The position numbers and the translations under genes are program-made. A stretch of DNA of 64,000 bases from Ramazzottius varieornatus (Eukaryota > Animalia > Tardigrada), in assembly GCA_001949185.1 (NCBI GenBank), contig BDGG01000003.1, forward strand, positions 4,399,092 through 4,463,091. The letters run 5' to 3'. Position 1 is the stretch's first letter; each line of letters starts with the position of its first letter. The notes beneath the pieces were generated by a model. The model ran no database searches. It was not told the origin of the DNA and saw only the letters and a list, made by a program, of their open reading frames with translations. Below are positions 1 to 11,900 of this stretch, piece after piece.

Positions 1-429
1 GGGAAGTCCGAAGGGAGAGGAAACGGTGGTTTCTGGATGAGAATTCGGCAATTCCCGTTGCTCTATCAATAACCGATGTGGAGAGCGCATAAGTATGAGG
101 GGAAAGTTTGTTAAGAATGTGTAAGGTATCCGCCCCAGGTGATCAATGCAAGCATGGGTTGAAAAGGGGCGCTAATCTCTTCTGTGTTGGGATTAACTTG
201 CCTCTTTCCACCAGCAGTGTCACAGATAGAGATATGTTCTGTCACAGCGATCTGCCAGCTTTATTTCTTGATTAATAAGCAATGTACCTTTTGACAAGCT
301 GCGTGACTTTGGCAGAGCGCGACATCATCAAGGCGATGTCAGGATAAGAAAGGCAGGCAGGCAGGCAGGCGAATAGCGAGGGCACAAGAAAGCTACCATC
401 TTGTACCAGGCAAACCGAATAGAAATACT

Positions 430-1356
430 TCTCGATATCCGACTCAAGGAGCTATTCAACTAAGCTGTCACGGTCGGTGCAGATTGTGTGCCTAGAATAA
501 CTTTCCGCGATCGGTTCCAACGAAATCCTTTTCCATGTTCACTCTCCATCCACGCATTCTACAGTCCGTTACAATAATTATGGTTTCTCTTGCAGATGGC
601 TCTCTTCGAGAAAAGCTAGTAAGGAATCTGCCTGCTGTCGGCAGTGCATTACTACACACCAAACGACATCTTCAGACTGATGACGACTGTTCGGAAGTAT
701 CAATACATCGACATAACCGCTTCATGTTTCAATGAAAAACATGTTATCTGTTCTGCCGGACATCTTGTCTGATGTCGTCTGGGTTGGCAGACATGCAGAA
801 GAGGTTGATATGGGCTTCCGAGCGGGACTGTCTGTTACGAAAGCCTTATCGGACAAGTCCAAGCAACTACTCGACGACGTCCACCTTTCCAAAGACCTGA
901 TCACCAAGTTCCGACACTTGCAGCTAGATATACACGAAATGACCTTCCTGAAGATGATTCTATTCTTCAGAGGTAAGGGAACCATTAAAACATTAAAAAC
1001 GTATGCGATATCATTAAAACGTATGCGATATCTACTAAGTTAATAAACAGTCGTCCACGGTCTACCGATGTGAACCTTTGCAGCGCCATCTGGAGAGAAC
1101 TCGGCGGGACACCTCTTACAGAAGCGCGAACCATCTCTCAGTTTTTGGAGCAAGCACAGACCGCACTGAACAAGTACATCCAGACAAACGCACCTTCCCA
1201 ATTTCATCGATTCGGCAACATGTACCCGCACCCAACCACCTCTCCAGCAGGAACATTCAAGACTTCCTTTTCCGAAAGTCTGGTGACTCGCAAATTGAGT
1301 CAGCATTTTTAAGATACAAAAATTACGATTCACAGAGCTCGACTATGCGAAGCTGA
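430..1356 (+). pseudogene. Degenerate nuclear receptor ligand-binding domain, NR2E (TLX/PNR)-like
   Basis: LDIHEMTFLKMILFFR (ORF 732) and ISQFLEQAQTALNKYIQTNAPSQFHRFGNM (ORF 1070) resemble NR2E LBD helices. The C-terminal NIQDFLFRKSGDSQIESAF lies in another frame (ORF 1078). The exon at 596 reads MALFEKS-TAG-TAA-GICLL, with in-frame stops where EESWxELFLL is expected. Confidence 0.6.
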
Positions 1357-4078
1357 GTTTATGGTAAATATTCGAGCGTATGAACTCATTTTCCCCGACA
1401 TTACTGTGACAATTTCTTCGTATAAGCTCGCCGTCCTTTTGTTGTCCTTTCAGCAATTTGAATCGGATAAAATTAGCCTGAAAGAGCTTCACGTTCTTCT
1501 GTGAGCGCACAGGTCTCTGGAAATTAGGGGGCCAACTAGACTGGAACGGACTGTACTTTACGGCGCGCAAAGAACCTGATCGAATCTTTTTACCAAGCGG
1601 TCATCACAATTCACAAATCGTCTAAAAATTATTTAAACATACCTGCAGTAGCTACTGCGAAAAGAATAATTGAAATAATGAGTGGATAACTATAGTATGT
1701 CTGCCATCCCAAGCCATCCCAAGCCATCCCAAGCGCTACGATAGTGCTCAGTAGAAAACCACCCGCGAATTTCAACGAGTCATTACCAAGATGGTGCCAG
1801 ACACCCGTTTGTTTACCAAGTGGAGCGGCGGGGAATTTGAGCTCAGCAGCGCGATAGGATGTTTTCGAGTCGACCTGCAAAAGCGTTTTTGCTTGAAATT
1901 TAGCAGTTTTAGCTTTTTCGATTTTCACTAGAAATCAGGTGAAAACTGCGATGGCACGCCGAGGCACGCCTTCCCAACCGTGTCATTTTTACTTGGTCTA
2001 ACCCATATGCGGTTTGGTGCTATAGCTTGCTTTACCCTCTGCAGAAAGCGTGCTGCCTAATATCGGACTCCATTTTCAAATGGCTTCCCTTCCGGAATTT
2101 CTTCGGTCTTAATTTCCCGCCGATTGCCGGTTCTGTCTGGCTTCGAATAGAGGAATTAGTTGAGGGATGCTTGGGAAATAATTTGGAATTTTAGCTCCGC
2201 ACGGTAGCTGAGGTAATTGTCAGTTAGCCAAGTATTCGCCACTTTGGTGAGTTAGAAAAGTTAGGTCTCGCTCCTCGAACTCAACCATCAAATCGGCTTG
2301 ACACATTTTTGCTAAACCTCTTCAATTATGTGCCTGCGAACGACGTTGAAGGAACAGGAAGAATTCAACTTTTTCTTCCCATTGGTCGAAAAAGTCATGA
2401 CGTTTATCCAGCGTACCTCCTCTGCTCAAAATAATTAATGTTCTGGGAATCTATGTCCGCGAACAAGGTGATATAAAGTAGGAATTCAAAAATCAGAATC
2501 ACTAAACTAAAGCCAGTGTTCGCCAGGTAAACATTCCGTCACAGCGGGTAATAGCAGACTACCTTCAGTGTTGCTCCGATTATTGTAATACGTAATTGAA
2601 AATGGCCAGATTTGACGGTTTTCGGATTCCGATACAGCAATTCAAATTATAAATTCTAGATTGTGCATCTCGATATTAATCGGAATTGAATTGGAATCCC
2701 AGAGACGCGACGATATTTTAATGTACAATTGAAATCCAACATGTTGGTAATTCAAATAGTGACCGTCAATGAGAGGCACGCGATATGCACGTAGATATTT
2801 TCTCACCTTATGAAGCACCGTAAGTGCTTGATTGACAGAGCAGCGGTGCGCTGGTGCGTGTTGCACCGCCGCTCAGGATTACAATGCGTACGTAGTGCTT
2901 CACAAAGGAGCTGCAGTACGTCCTCTTACGCGCAACCAGCACCCGGTGGGCCTGTCCAGGGTTCTGTTTCTGAACTGGGGATCACGTTTACGCTTACGCG
3001 ATGTACCGCGGCTCCTTCGTAGTGCATAACAGTCCGTTCTGACGGCAGCCATCCGTACTGGATACCGGGAACGACGTAGTCTACACGAAAGACCAGAGAG
3101 TCATTCTAGACGCTCACCCATCCTGCGTGGGGTACCGAACAGAAATGCCAGTTTTATGTAAATAGAAATTGAAAATAAAAACACTATCGCAATAATTCAA
3201 ATAATTTCAATTGTAGTCGACAGTCATGTTTGAATCAATCGTGATTGATAATCCAGCCAGGATGAGGTAGCGGCCTGGTAGCCGCAATTCAGATTGCTGC
3301 TGCGCGAGGAATTACGATTAATCGTAATTGCAATTGAAGTTGAAAATGTCTTATCGGAACAACACTGACTACCTTGTCGTCCCCTCGGGTCAGTACCTAG
3401 TATCTAGTGGAAGCGGAAAAAGAAATTCGAAACTATTGATAAATAAAATACATGGAGCCGCGACCTTGTGCGAAGGAATCGAAGCACACGAACGTGCAGC
3501 AGGGCTCGCGGATACTGCGCATTGTGTAGGTTTTATTGGGTGTGCTCATCATGCGCTTGTTATGCGCTGGACATCTTGATTACCCGACTGCAGACCATAC
3601 CGATTGCGCAATCAAAAGCACAAGATGGCCAGGCGTACCGTTGCTGTCCACGGCCCTCCGTACTGCCTACCATGTTTCCATTGATTGTCTCTTTCGTTGA
3701 TCGAGCTTCTCAACCTGCGAATCCCACTGTATCTGACAGTCATTCACGAGCACATACCTTGGCCTGCGCCTGACGGATTTAGATAACCTTGGTATCAAAA
3801 TGATGCCATGAGTATTTACTTTTTACCGGAAGACGAATATTTCCAAAGAAGCTCCAGACGACGTCAGTCAAGAAACTCGAACTTTTGTGAGCTTTTTCAT
3901 CAATTGTCACCCCCTTCGCCCCTGGGCAGGATGACGTCATGGGCTCCCACCCGAGTGAGCTGTGTTCGAATTGTCTTTCTGATTTTTGAGTTTTGTCCTG
4001 GCATTTCAGGGAATCTAATCATTGTATATCCGGTTTTCAAGGAGAAGAACGAACTCTCAGCATCATTTTGATACCAAG

Positions 4079-4123
4079 CTTGCCTAACTTGCCTAACTTG
4101 CCTAACTTGCCTAACTTGCCTAA
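4079..4123. repeat. 9-bp tandem repeat (CTTGCCTAA)x5
   Basis: Direct reading: cttgcctaacttgcctaacttgcctaacttgcctaacttgcctaac. Confidence 0.95.
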
Positions 4124-4830
4124 CAGCGCTGATCAACGAACGTTGATTGTGCGTGTGAATTTAACGTGGGGGCGGTGGTTCATCAGGCATCCTGCGAGAA
4201 CTGATTTAGCAGGCCATCATGCGAAACCGCGTCAGTCTTTGCATGAAGCATTGCGTCACTTCAGCAGGGGCGCGTTGACCCATAAGGTTAACGAGGCCCA
4301 GCCTGCCCCCTTTCCCAGATTTTTAGCCTTGAGAGGTTGGGAATTTCGCTGTGAAAGGGCGAGGGAAAACAGAAGCCTCGTGAGGCCGGTCGAAGCTGTC
4401 TAAAATTTTCACGTTTTCGAGCGCTTTTGAGCAGTTTCTGGACGTTCTTCTGAAAATTTTACAGGTTTCCATGCTCGGTCAAATTAAAACTGCAGGATCG
4501 GTTCTTACACCAATACCGAATGGAAAGTGTGGCACTTGTATACGACGTTTTACACGAAAAACACAGGTTTCTGTTCAGATGTACCATACATTGTTTTCGA
4601 ATTTCGCGAGCCTCGTAACGCTTGGTCGCGATTTTTGCCGGCCTCGAGGCTCAAAAGCACGATTTTCTCAGCCTTACAGGCTGATCCGCCTTAACCATCC
4701 TCGGGAGCTCCGCGCGCCCCTGGGCACTTCAGCACAAGATTGATGAAAATGGCTTGTGACGTCTTCTCTACTATGACGAACGCATGTGTACCTCAAACGG
4801 GCCTTCGTCAGACACCTTTAAACAGCGCAT

Positions 4831-5231
4831 TAGAGCACTGGGCCGCAGGTCCAAAAGTACGCTGTAACTGTGCTGCACAACTTTCATGCCCAGTGGCTAC
4901 TGGCTAGGCAGCTGCGCTGCAGATGCACATTGACTTGTTGCGATTGCGCTGCACGCTGATGTAGTGAAGTAATTTATAGCTTTGTCTGCAAAATGGGTAG
5001 TTCACCTGGAAAACATGGCCCTTCAGTACGGCAAAACTCAGATGCCTGAAGTTTGAATACCCAAAATCTCCAGTTATTGTTAGGTTTCGGTACGTGCATC
5101 TGTGCTGCAGTCTTCGACTTCCTGCTGCATGCTGTGCTGCACAGATTTTGTCGATTTCCGCACTATAGCTGTGCTGCATCACAGCACAGCTGCAGTGCAG
5201 TACAGTGCATGCGGCCAGATTCAGTGCTCTG
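4831..5231 (+). mobile_element. hAT-type MITE, family H1 (copy 1)
   Basis: Termini TAGAGCACTG...CAGTGCTCTG; flanks CAGCGCAT/CAGCGCAG (7/8 TSD); homologous inverted copy at 47643-48098. Confidence 0.8.
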
Positions 5232-6349
5232 CAGCGCAGCTGGTAGTAAACACTCTGATTCCGTGGAACACGGAATGACCTGTCAAAAGCGCTGAATCAC
5301 GCTGATCCATGCAGAATCGTCGCAGAACCCAATGACTTGACCAGCTGCTCAGGAGACAAAATACACGGCTATCAGGACTGATTTTGGTTGAGCGATGGAG
5401 TTTCTGGCAGTCCAAGCAAATTCCCGAACGGCGTCCTGATCGGCGTACCGGAAGGTTTATCTTAATTACCTAGCGAACACTGACAATAGACAGATTGCTG
5501 TTCGGGAATGGGCCGGAGGACAACTAAATTAAGTGCGGCTCACCATGCTAAAATATCAAATCAAGTCAATCAAATACTTTTACACACCAGCTCAATACGG
5601 TCCAGTCGGGGAGCGGTGAACCGGTAAATCAGCTTTTTTACTGGACCTTTTTTGAGATAAACTGAGGTCACAACCGTCACATTCGAGCGAATGCAAACTG
5701 CGCGAGTTGACAGTGCAAACTGCGCAACTTGATACAAAAGGTGCGCCAGACTTGCAAAAATTCCCAGTTGTTGAGGAATCGACCGTCAGACCTAAAGACT
5801 CGTAGCACTGTCACTGCGTGAATCCCTCCGGTGATATCAACTCGTACACGTGGCGTAGTGGACAAGTGGACGAGCATCTTCGGCCTGTTTATTGTCAAGC
5901 CGCACTCAATTTTGAAAAATTATTTTCCTTCCGCCCATCATAGTGCGTGCTATGGCCCCGGGGGGACTAGTGTCACAGCGGGCGCCGTTCCAGGTACACA
6001 TTTTCTGGTGGAGAATATGACGTCATGACCTAGTCTGAACTTCATTTTGGATAGCTAAACGTTCCGAATGTTCGCCTCGTTCTGTTGATTGATGCCCAGC
6101 TGACTGCACAGCCCGTTTTGTATTTGACAACGTGGTCTACCAATTCGACGGTCCAACGTCGTCGCTCCACAATCGACTGCGAACATCGATGACGTAAGTA
6201 CGGAATTTATTTTGTTGCGAAAATATGGCCAATTTTCACTTTCTAGTGGTCCAACCACTGATTTTCTTCGGAATCTTGTGAATCGTTTCGATACCCTTCG
6301 CGACCCTATGTGTTTCAATGCTCCAGGTATAGTAGACTGTGTGATAGTG

Positions 6350-6625
6350 CCGACTAACAACTTGGAGCGTCAGATCGAGATGCTGTGGAACTACGAGCCT
6401 ATCAGCGAGTTGGAGGTAGAAGCACTGTGCGCCAAGGTTGGGAGGAAGGGAATGTACAGACGATCGGCTCACATGTTACCATCTACGGAGGCATGCACGG
6501 AAAATTATACGGACCTCAAAGAGCTACCCGAAATGGGTGGAGAGTCTGGGGACGTACCGGAAACGAATTACCTCTTCATAAGGGACTTCTTCGATACCAC
6601 CGGAAACACCTGGTTTTGTGAATAA
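6350..6625 (+). pseudogene. PPP4C: Frameshifted fragment of PP4/PP2A-family Ser/Thr phosphatase catalytic subunit
   Basis: LERQIEML..SELEVEALCAK, then (other frame) EEGNVQTIGSHVTIYGGMHGKLY, then DLKEL...GDVPETNYLFIRDFFD. This matches the PP4c N-terminus, with the GDIHG and GDFVDRG motifs decayed. Confidence 0.75.
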
Positions 6626-8963
6626 GATATAAATCGGTTGATGCGTAGGCCGAGAGAAAACTTTTGTGGACAAAGCTTCGTGGATCGTTGGTTTGACGAT
6701 TTATAAGAATTTTATAACTTTGCTATGTGGTGGTGTGAAGAAGGTTTGACTTTCACTAACGTACCCGCGCAGTGCATTTGGGAAATCGGCAGATGGAATG
6801 AACAAAAACGTTGGCCCGAAGTGGCGCACTTTTTCATTGGTTTTGGCTAGAAGTTTGCCCCACTTCTGATATCCATCTTGTACGTTTCTTTGCCGGGCGC
6901 CCATTTTTATCCCGGAGTTAGTCACATGTCCAATAATATTATGGGGAAGGAAAGTATCTTTTCATAAAATTCCAACTGCGTTATATTTTCTGTCATGGGA
7001 CATAGTCAGTGATCTGGTCCATCAGATTGCAACCGAGCAAGGGGCTGCGCGAACTCATCAAGGTCTTGGGCGTTAGTCCCGTGCTCATCTTGCGAGCCAT
7101 CCACATTGATGGACAGGAAAGAGTCGTTGCTGAAGACCCATGATAAAGGAGCGTTCTCCCGATCAGCATGACTGTGCTGAAATGGTTGTACGTGCTCACT
7201 AACGTCAGAATCCATAGACTCTGCAGAATATATAACTCTGCTAACGTGCTCTAACAAGTACTTATTGAAAAATATTCTCTTGTCGTCTGGGAAAATCTGC
7301 CAGTCCAGGTACCGGCGCAGTGCATTGCACCATGGCAAGTGCATCTGATGCACAACCTCACGCACATGAATACAAATCTGAATGGCGTGCTGTGCTATGT
7401 ACAAAGGCCGAGCGCATTCCATCACGCACCTACAAAAACTGCACAGTGTGCAGTACCGAACAGAGGTTCTTGGATGATTTTGGCCTGTCCTTGGACACTA
7501 CAAACCGTGTATCTTGTCTCCACCAAATATTCAACACGCTGTGACACTTGTCTCAGCGCGGCAGCGAACGAGCAGCGAAGCAGCCAGCTGTTCTGACGCA
7601 CTCTGCGCCCATCCCAGAACCATCTGATATAGACAATGAGAGTCGTAACGAGCTTGAAATTGGGACAATAAAATTTTCACCCGCTTTTGCAGGAAGATGT
7701 CCCATCTCTCTTCAAGCAATTCCAGCTTCCCAGCGCCGCGCATCCTCCCATTGTCCCGCTGCCTTTCCGTTGAGTATAGGTCTGCCACACAGGGGGAAAG
7801 AAACTGCGGTCATGCTGCGTCTCCGAGCGGCCCGACGTCCCTCAAACGAGGTATCTTGGTGAGAATATCATGCTCGGTGAGAATATCATGCCATCCTCAC
7901 TTCCGGTTGTTTTCAGAAGGACTACCATTGTTCTTCATTGTCGTCTCTGATAGTTATCAACAGCCAAGACCAGGGGAGAAATACCTACCCTATTTCCTGG
8001 CCGAAATCCGACTCCTGCTCACTGTGGAGAAGAGCTTTACATCTGCATTTCGTTTCGCTGCTCCGGCTCTGTACGTTAATTGATTCGCTTCTTGCGTGCA
8101 GATGTCGTCGTTGTCCCTTTCTATTAAGCATTCGTTCTTTACAGGACTGAGGTACGTCTGGAAGACGAAGAAACCGTTAAATGGTCGGACATCGTGACGC
8201 CCAACAACACTTTGTTGATCTGCTCTCCCCAAGGTAAACACGATGGAATCTCGCATGGTGCCTTAGACCGTCAGTTTTCTCGCTTTCTTTCGCTTATCTA
8301 ATCGTGCGACAAGTCCTCCCGATCTTTCGTAGAATGGAGCCGATATTACATAAGGAACCAGAACGAAAGTAGCCTTGGATGCATCACCGTCGACGACACA
8401 GTCCGTGACGCAGTCACCCTTCGACCATTGGTCACCAGCGAGGTATGTGACGCATATGTAGCAGGTTTTCTTCTGAAGTCTTTCATAAGTTGTACGACAA
8501 CCGCTTCCGGTTATTCGTGTTTCGATCATCTTCTTCGCAGGTTTTGTCCCATCAGTCGTTCGTACTCAAACACTTCGTCCTTCCGAATGGCTGTCCCATC
8601 AACCCTGCAGACGAAGCCAAGTTCTCCCTCTACGATCTCAGTAGCCCTTCTCGAAGCATCACGATCAGCACATTCAAGAAGTCACCTCTAAGCTTTCACC
8701 CGAGCTCCGATCCGGGCGCTGCTACCCTTGAAGGTGATATGAACATTCTTCACGAAAGTGGCCACTCAACGCCATTCATTCTCAAGCAACCGCCATCGGG
8801 CTTGGCTCATCGCAGACAGATGCTTAACGACCAGTAAGCTTGATTCCCCCATCGAGCTCCCCTATTTGGTCGAATTAACAGTTTATTTCGTAGTTCGCCC
8901 AGTAAGAAGGGACAGATTTCCAGCGGTGTCGATAAGCGTCTGTCGTTCAACACGAGCAAGAAC

Positions 8964-11900
8964 ATGCCAAGACTGCAGTCCCCAATGACGATGAGTACTC
9001 CGGGTAAGAAGTTTCTCATTAGCTATGTCCAAAAAGAAGGAAAAGAGAGGGCGATACTGCTGAAGAACGAGCTGGAGCGCCATGGCTGCACCGTCTTCCT
9101 CGACTTCGAAAATATTGTATGCGGCATGGACTGGCAAGATGTCCTGAACAAGGCCGTCAAGGACTGCGAAGTGTTCGTCCCACTTGTCACCGACTCATAC
9201 GGTACGTCTTTCATTCCATGAGTAACATGGATGCTCGACAAACAAGCTCGACCAGATTGCTTTTTCCAAGTGGCGCACCGGTTCAGTGTGATTGTTTGGA
9301 AACGTGCGCCACTTGGAAAACACCGAGCTGGTCGAGTTTGTTAGCCGAGCTCTCTATCGACTGTAAAGGATGCTGCTATCATTATTTTCATACTTTAGGT
9401 GAAACATTATGGACTAACCGGGAAGTCAAGCTGGCGGATGTCATGAAGAAGATCGTCGTTCCGGTCAGCCTGATCGAACATTGGCCGCCATCTTGTTTGG
9501 CCATACAGTTTGCTACAAGTATGTGAGGAGTTGGTCGGTTTTATTCAGGAAAGTCATCCAGCCTTTGGTTTCTAGCACAGCATGTCCAGTGGAGCAGAAA
9601 TTCCTCGCCGTGGAAAGGTGGGGCGCACATTTTGCAGTTTTGTCCCAACCGGAGGTGATTTGAAAGTGCATGCCTCAAGTGAAACTTTTTGTTTCATTAG
9701 ATGACAGGCGTAGTGGGTCAGTCTTCTCGCCGGAGGAGGAGAAGGAATGTGTCAAGTTCGTCGCAAGAGCCATTCTGGACCTCTACCAGCAACTGAAGAC
9801 TCACTACAGTGCCCTGTCGGCACCTGCAACGGACACGGAAACCCCGCCATTCAACTTCCTTTCAGCTTCAGTGCCCCGGAGAATGGCCAGAGTTAGACTT
9901 TATTTTCTCTTTCTTGCGGAAACCTATATATTACAGTGTTCGTAATGGCGAGTGTGATGCATTACAGACATCGTCTTTGAAAAGTTATCCTTACGATTCG
10001 GGAAGAAACCTGGCGGTCGAAGAGGCCAAGAAACCACGAGAAGGCAAGCCGCTGATCGTGGTTTGCGCTCACCCATCCCAAAGATCTTTTGTACGTTGTC
10101 CTGTACCCTGTTATTTGTAGCATGGAATCTAGGGGAACGCACTTGACAAGATCAGTTTTCCCAAAGTGGCGCACAACTCCAGCTGACCACACTGGACAAG
10201 TGCGCCACTGGAGAAAAATCTTTCTGTGTTGTTCAAGTTGAATTTTCACACCGTCAAACAGAGCGCTCATTGGTAATCTACATCGTATCTTTTACTCTCA
10301 GATTGACCAGATTCGAGAAGAGATGGGCAGTGGCGACGGCAAGTACGACATCTGGTCCACCACAGATGCGCCTTCGCTGTGGTCGGACACTGCGCGAGAG
10401 AAGATGGTGACGCCGCAGTTCGACAACCAGAACCAGAACCCGCAGTTCCAGCGAGTCTCCCTCATGAGCAGTAGCAGTGGTGGAACTGCTTCTAGTGGCT
10501 CCCCAAGCGAAAGTATTAACGGATGCCTCTTTCAAGAGAAAGCAGATGAAGCCGGCATGGTGGTCCTCGTCCTCTCGGCGGCATTCGCCAGCAGCAGTAT
10601 CTGCAAACACTTCGTAGGTTTATTACTTGTCTAGCTTTCCTTCGAAGCGTGTTCTCTGATCGTTCGTCTCTGTGCAGTTATTTTACGTGGAGCGCCGAAA
10701 GCGAATCATCCCAGTCGTTTTCGAGAAGTTCAGCATGCCTGGTTGGATGACGACACTCATCGGAAACAAGGAAGTCGAGGTACGTACCCGAAAAGAGAAG
10801 GTCGGCAAACAAACTCGACCAGATGGTTTTCGCAAGTTGCGCACGTCTTGGTTTTATTGGCTGAAAGTTTGCGCCACTTGCAAAAACGATCTGCCGTATC
10901 ACACTTTCGAATATATATTCCGTGACTTCGAGCGGTTTTGTTTAGGATTGTCATGCGAAGAATTTCATCGATAGACTTCGTACAAAGCTGAACCGGGCAG
11001 TGAATCTGGATATGCACGCCGAGTGTGCTGAAGAGGACTTGTCAGAATCCAATATTCTAAAAGGGGTAACTTCTTCCGTTCTGTTCTGATCTGTTGAAAC
11101 GTGTTACCTGTTTGTAGTCTTTTGCTTGTTTCAGTTGAAGTTTCTTCATACCAACGGCATTCCTCCAGAGCGTTCAGTCTACATCTCCGGAAGTGGCTCT
11201 CATGGCTTGGAATCAGCATTTTTGAGCAGGTACACCATTACTTTTCTTTCTCCTTTAGCCGACTGTTGGTAATGCACAAGATGGTATTTTCAGGGAGATT
11301 GCGAACGAGCTGTCGAAGCTACCGAAGCTTTGCGTAGCGACCGGCGGTCTTCTTGGTGTAGGGCAGGCACTCAGTACGCAGTTTCTCGAAGCACGTAAGC
11401 ACAACCTCACTACGACTGGCCGGACGAAGCAGGAGGAATGTGTATACCACGTCCTTCCGTCCTATGAAGAATCGGTATGTGGAAACCGTAGCCTCAGCCA
11501 ATCGTTTTCCTTCCTCTGCTCGATAAAAGTTAGATGGGACGTGGGCAAATGAACTGAACCTGATCATGATATCAAGTGGCGCACATTATCATTGGTTTTG
11601 AATGGAACGGTGCGCCACTTGGGAAAACGATCTGGCTCATTTCATTCGCGTACGTCCCAGATGTGTACTGAAACCAGTTGGGTGACTTGAATTGGGACTT
11701 GTAGGATCAGAAAGAGATCGCTGATCAAAATGGTGATGGTACTTTCAACCCGGCACCAACGGGCAAAACATTCTTCGTGGGGAAAAGTCTTCGGGAACGA
11801 GAAACGGTGGTTGGTCGTTACTTCAAAGTCTGTATCCTCATTGACGGTAAGCTTTTCTCTTCCATATGCTTTACATAATTGATGGAAATTTTTCTGTGGA

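Noticed and set aside
6993-7862. Minus-strand ORFs of 139 and 85 aa
   Set aside because: No recognisable motif or consistent splice structure; could be a decayed gene but cannot be supported
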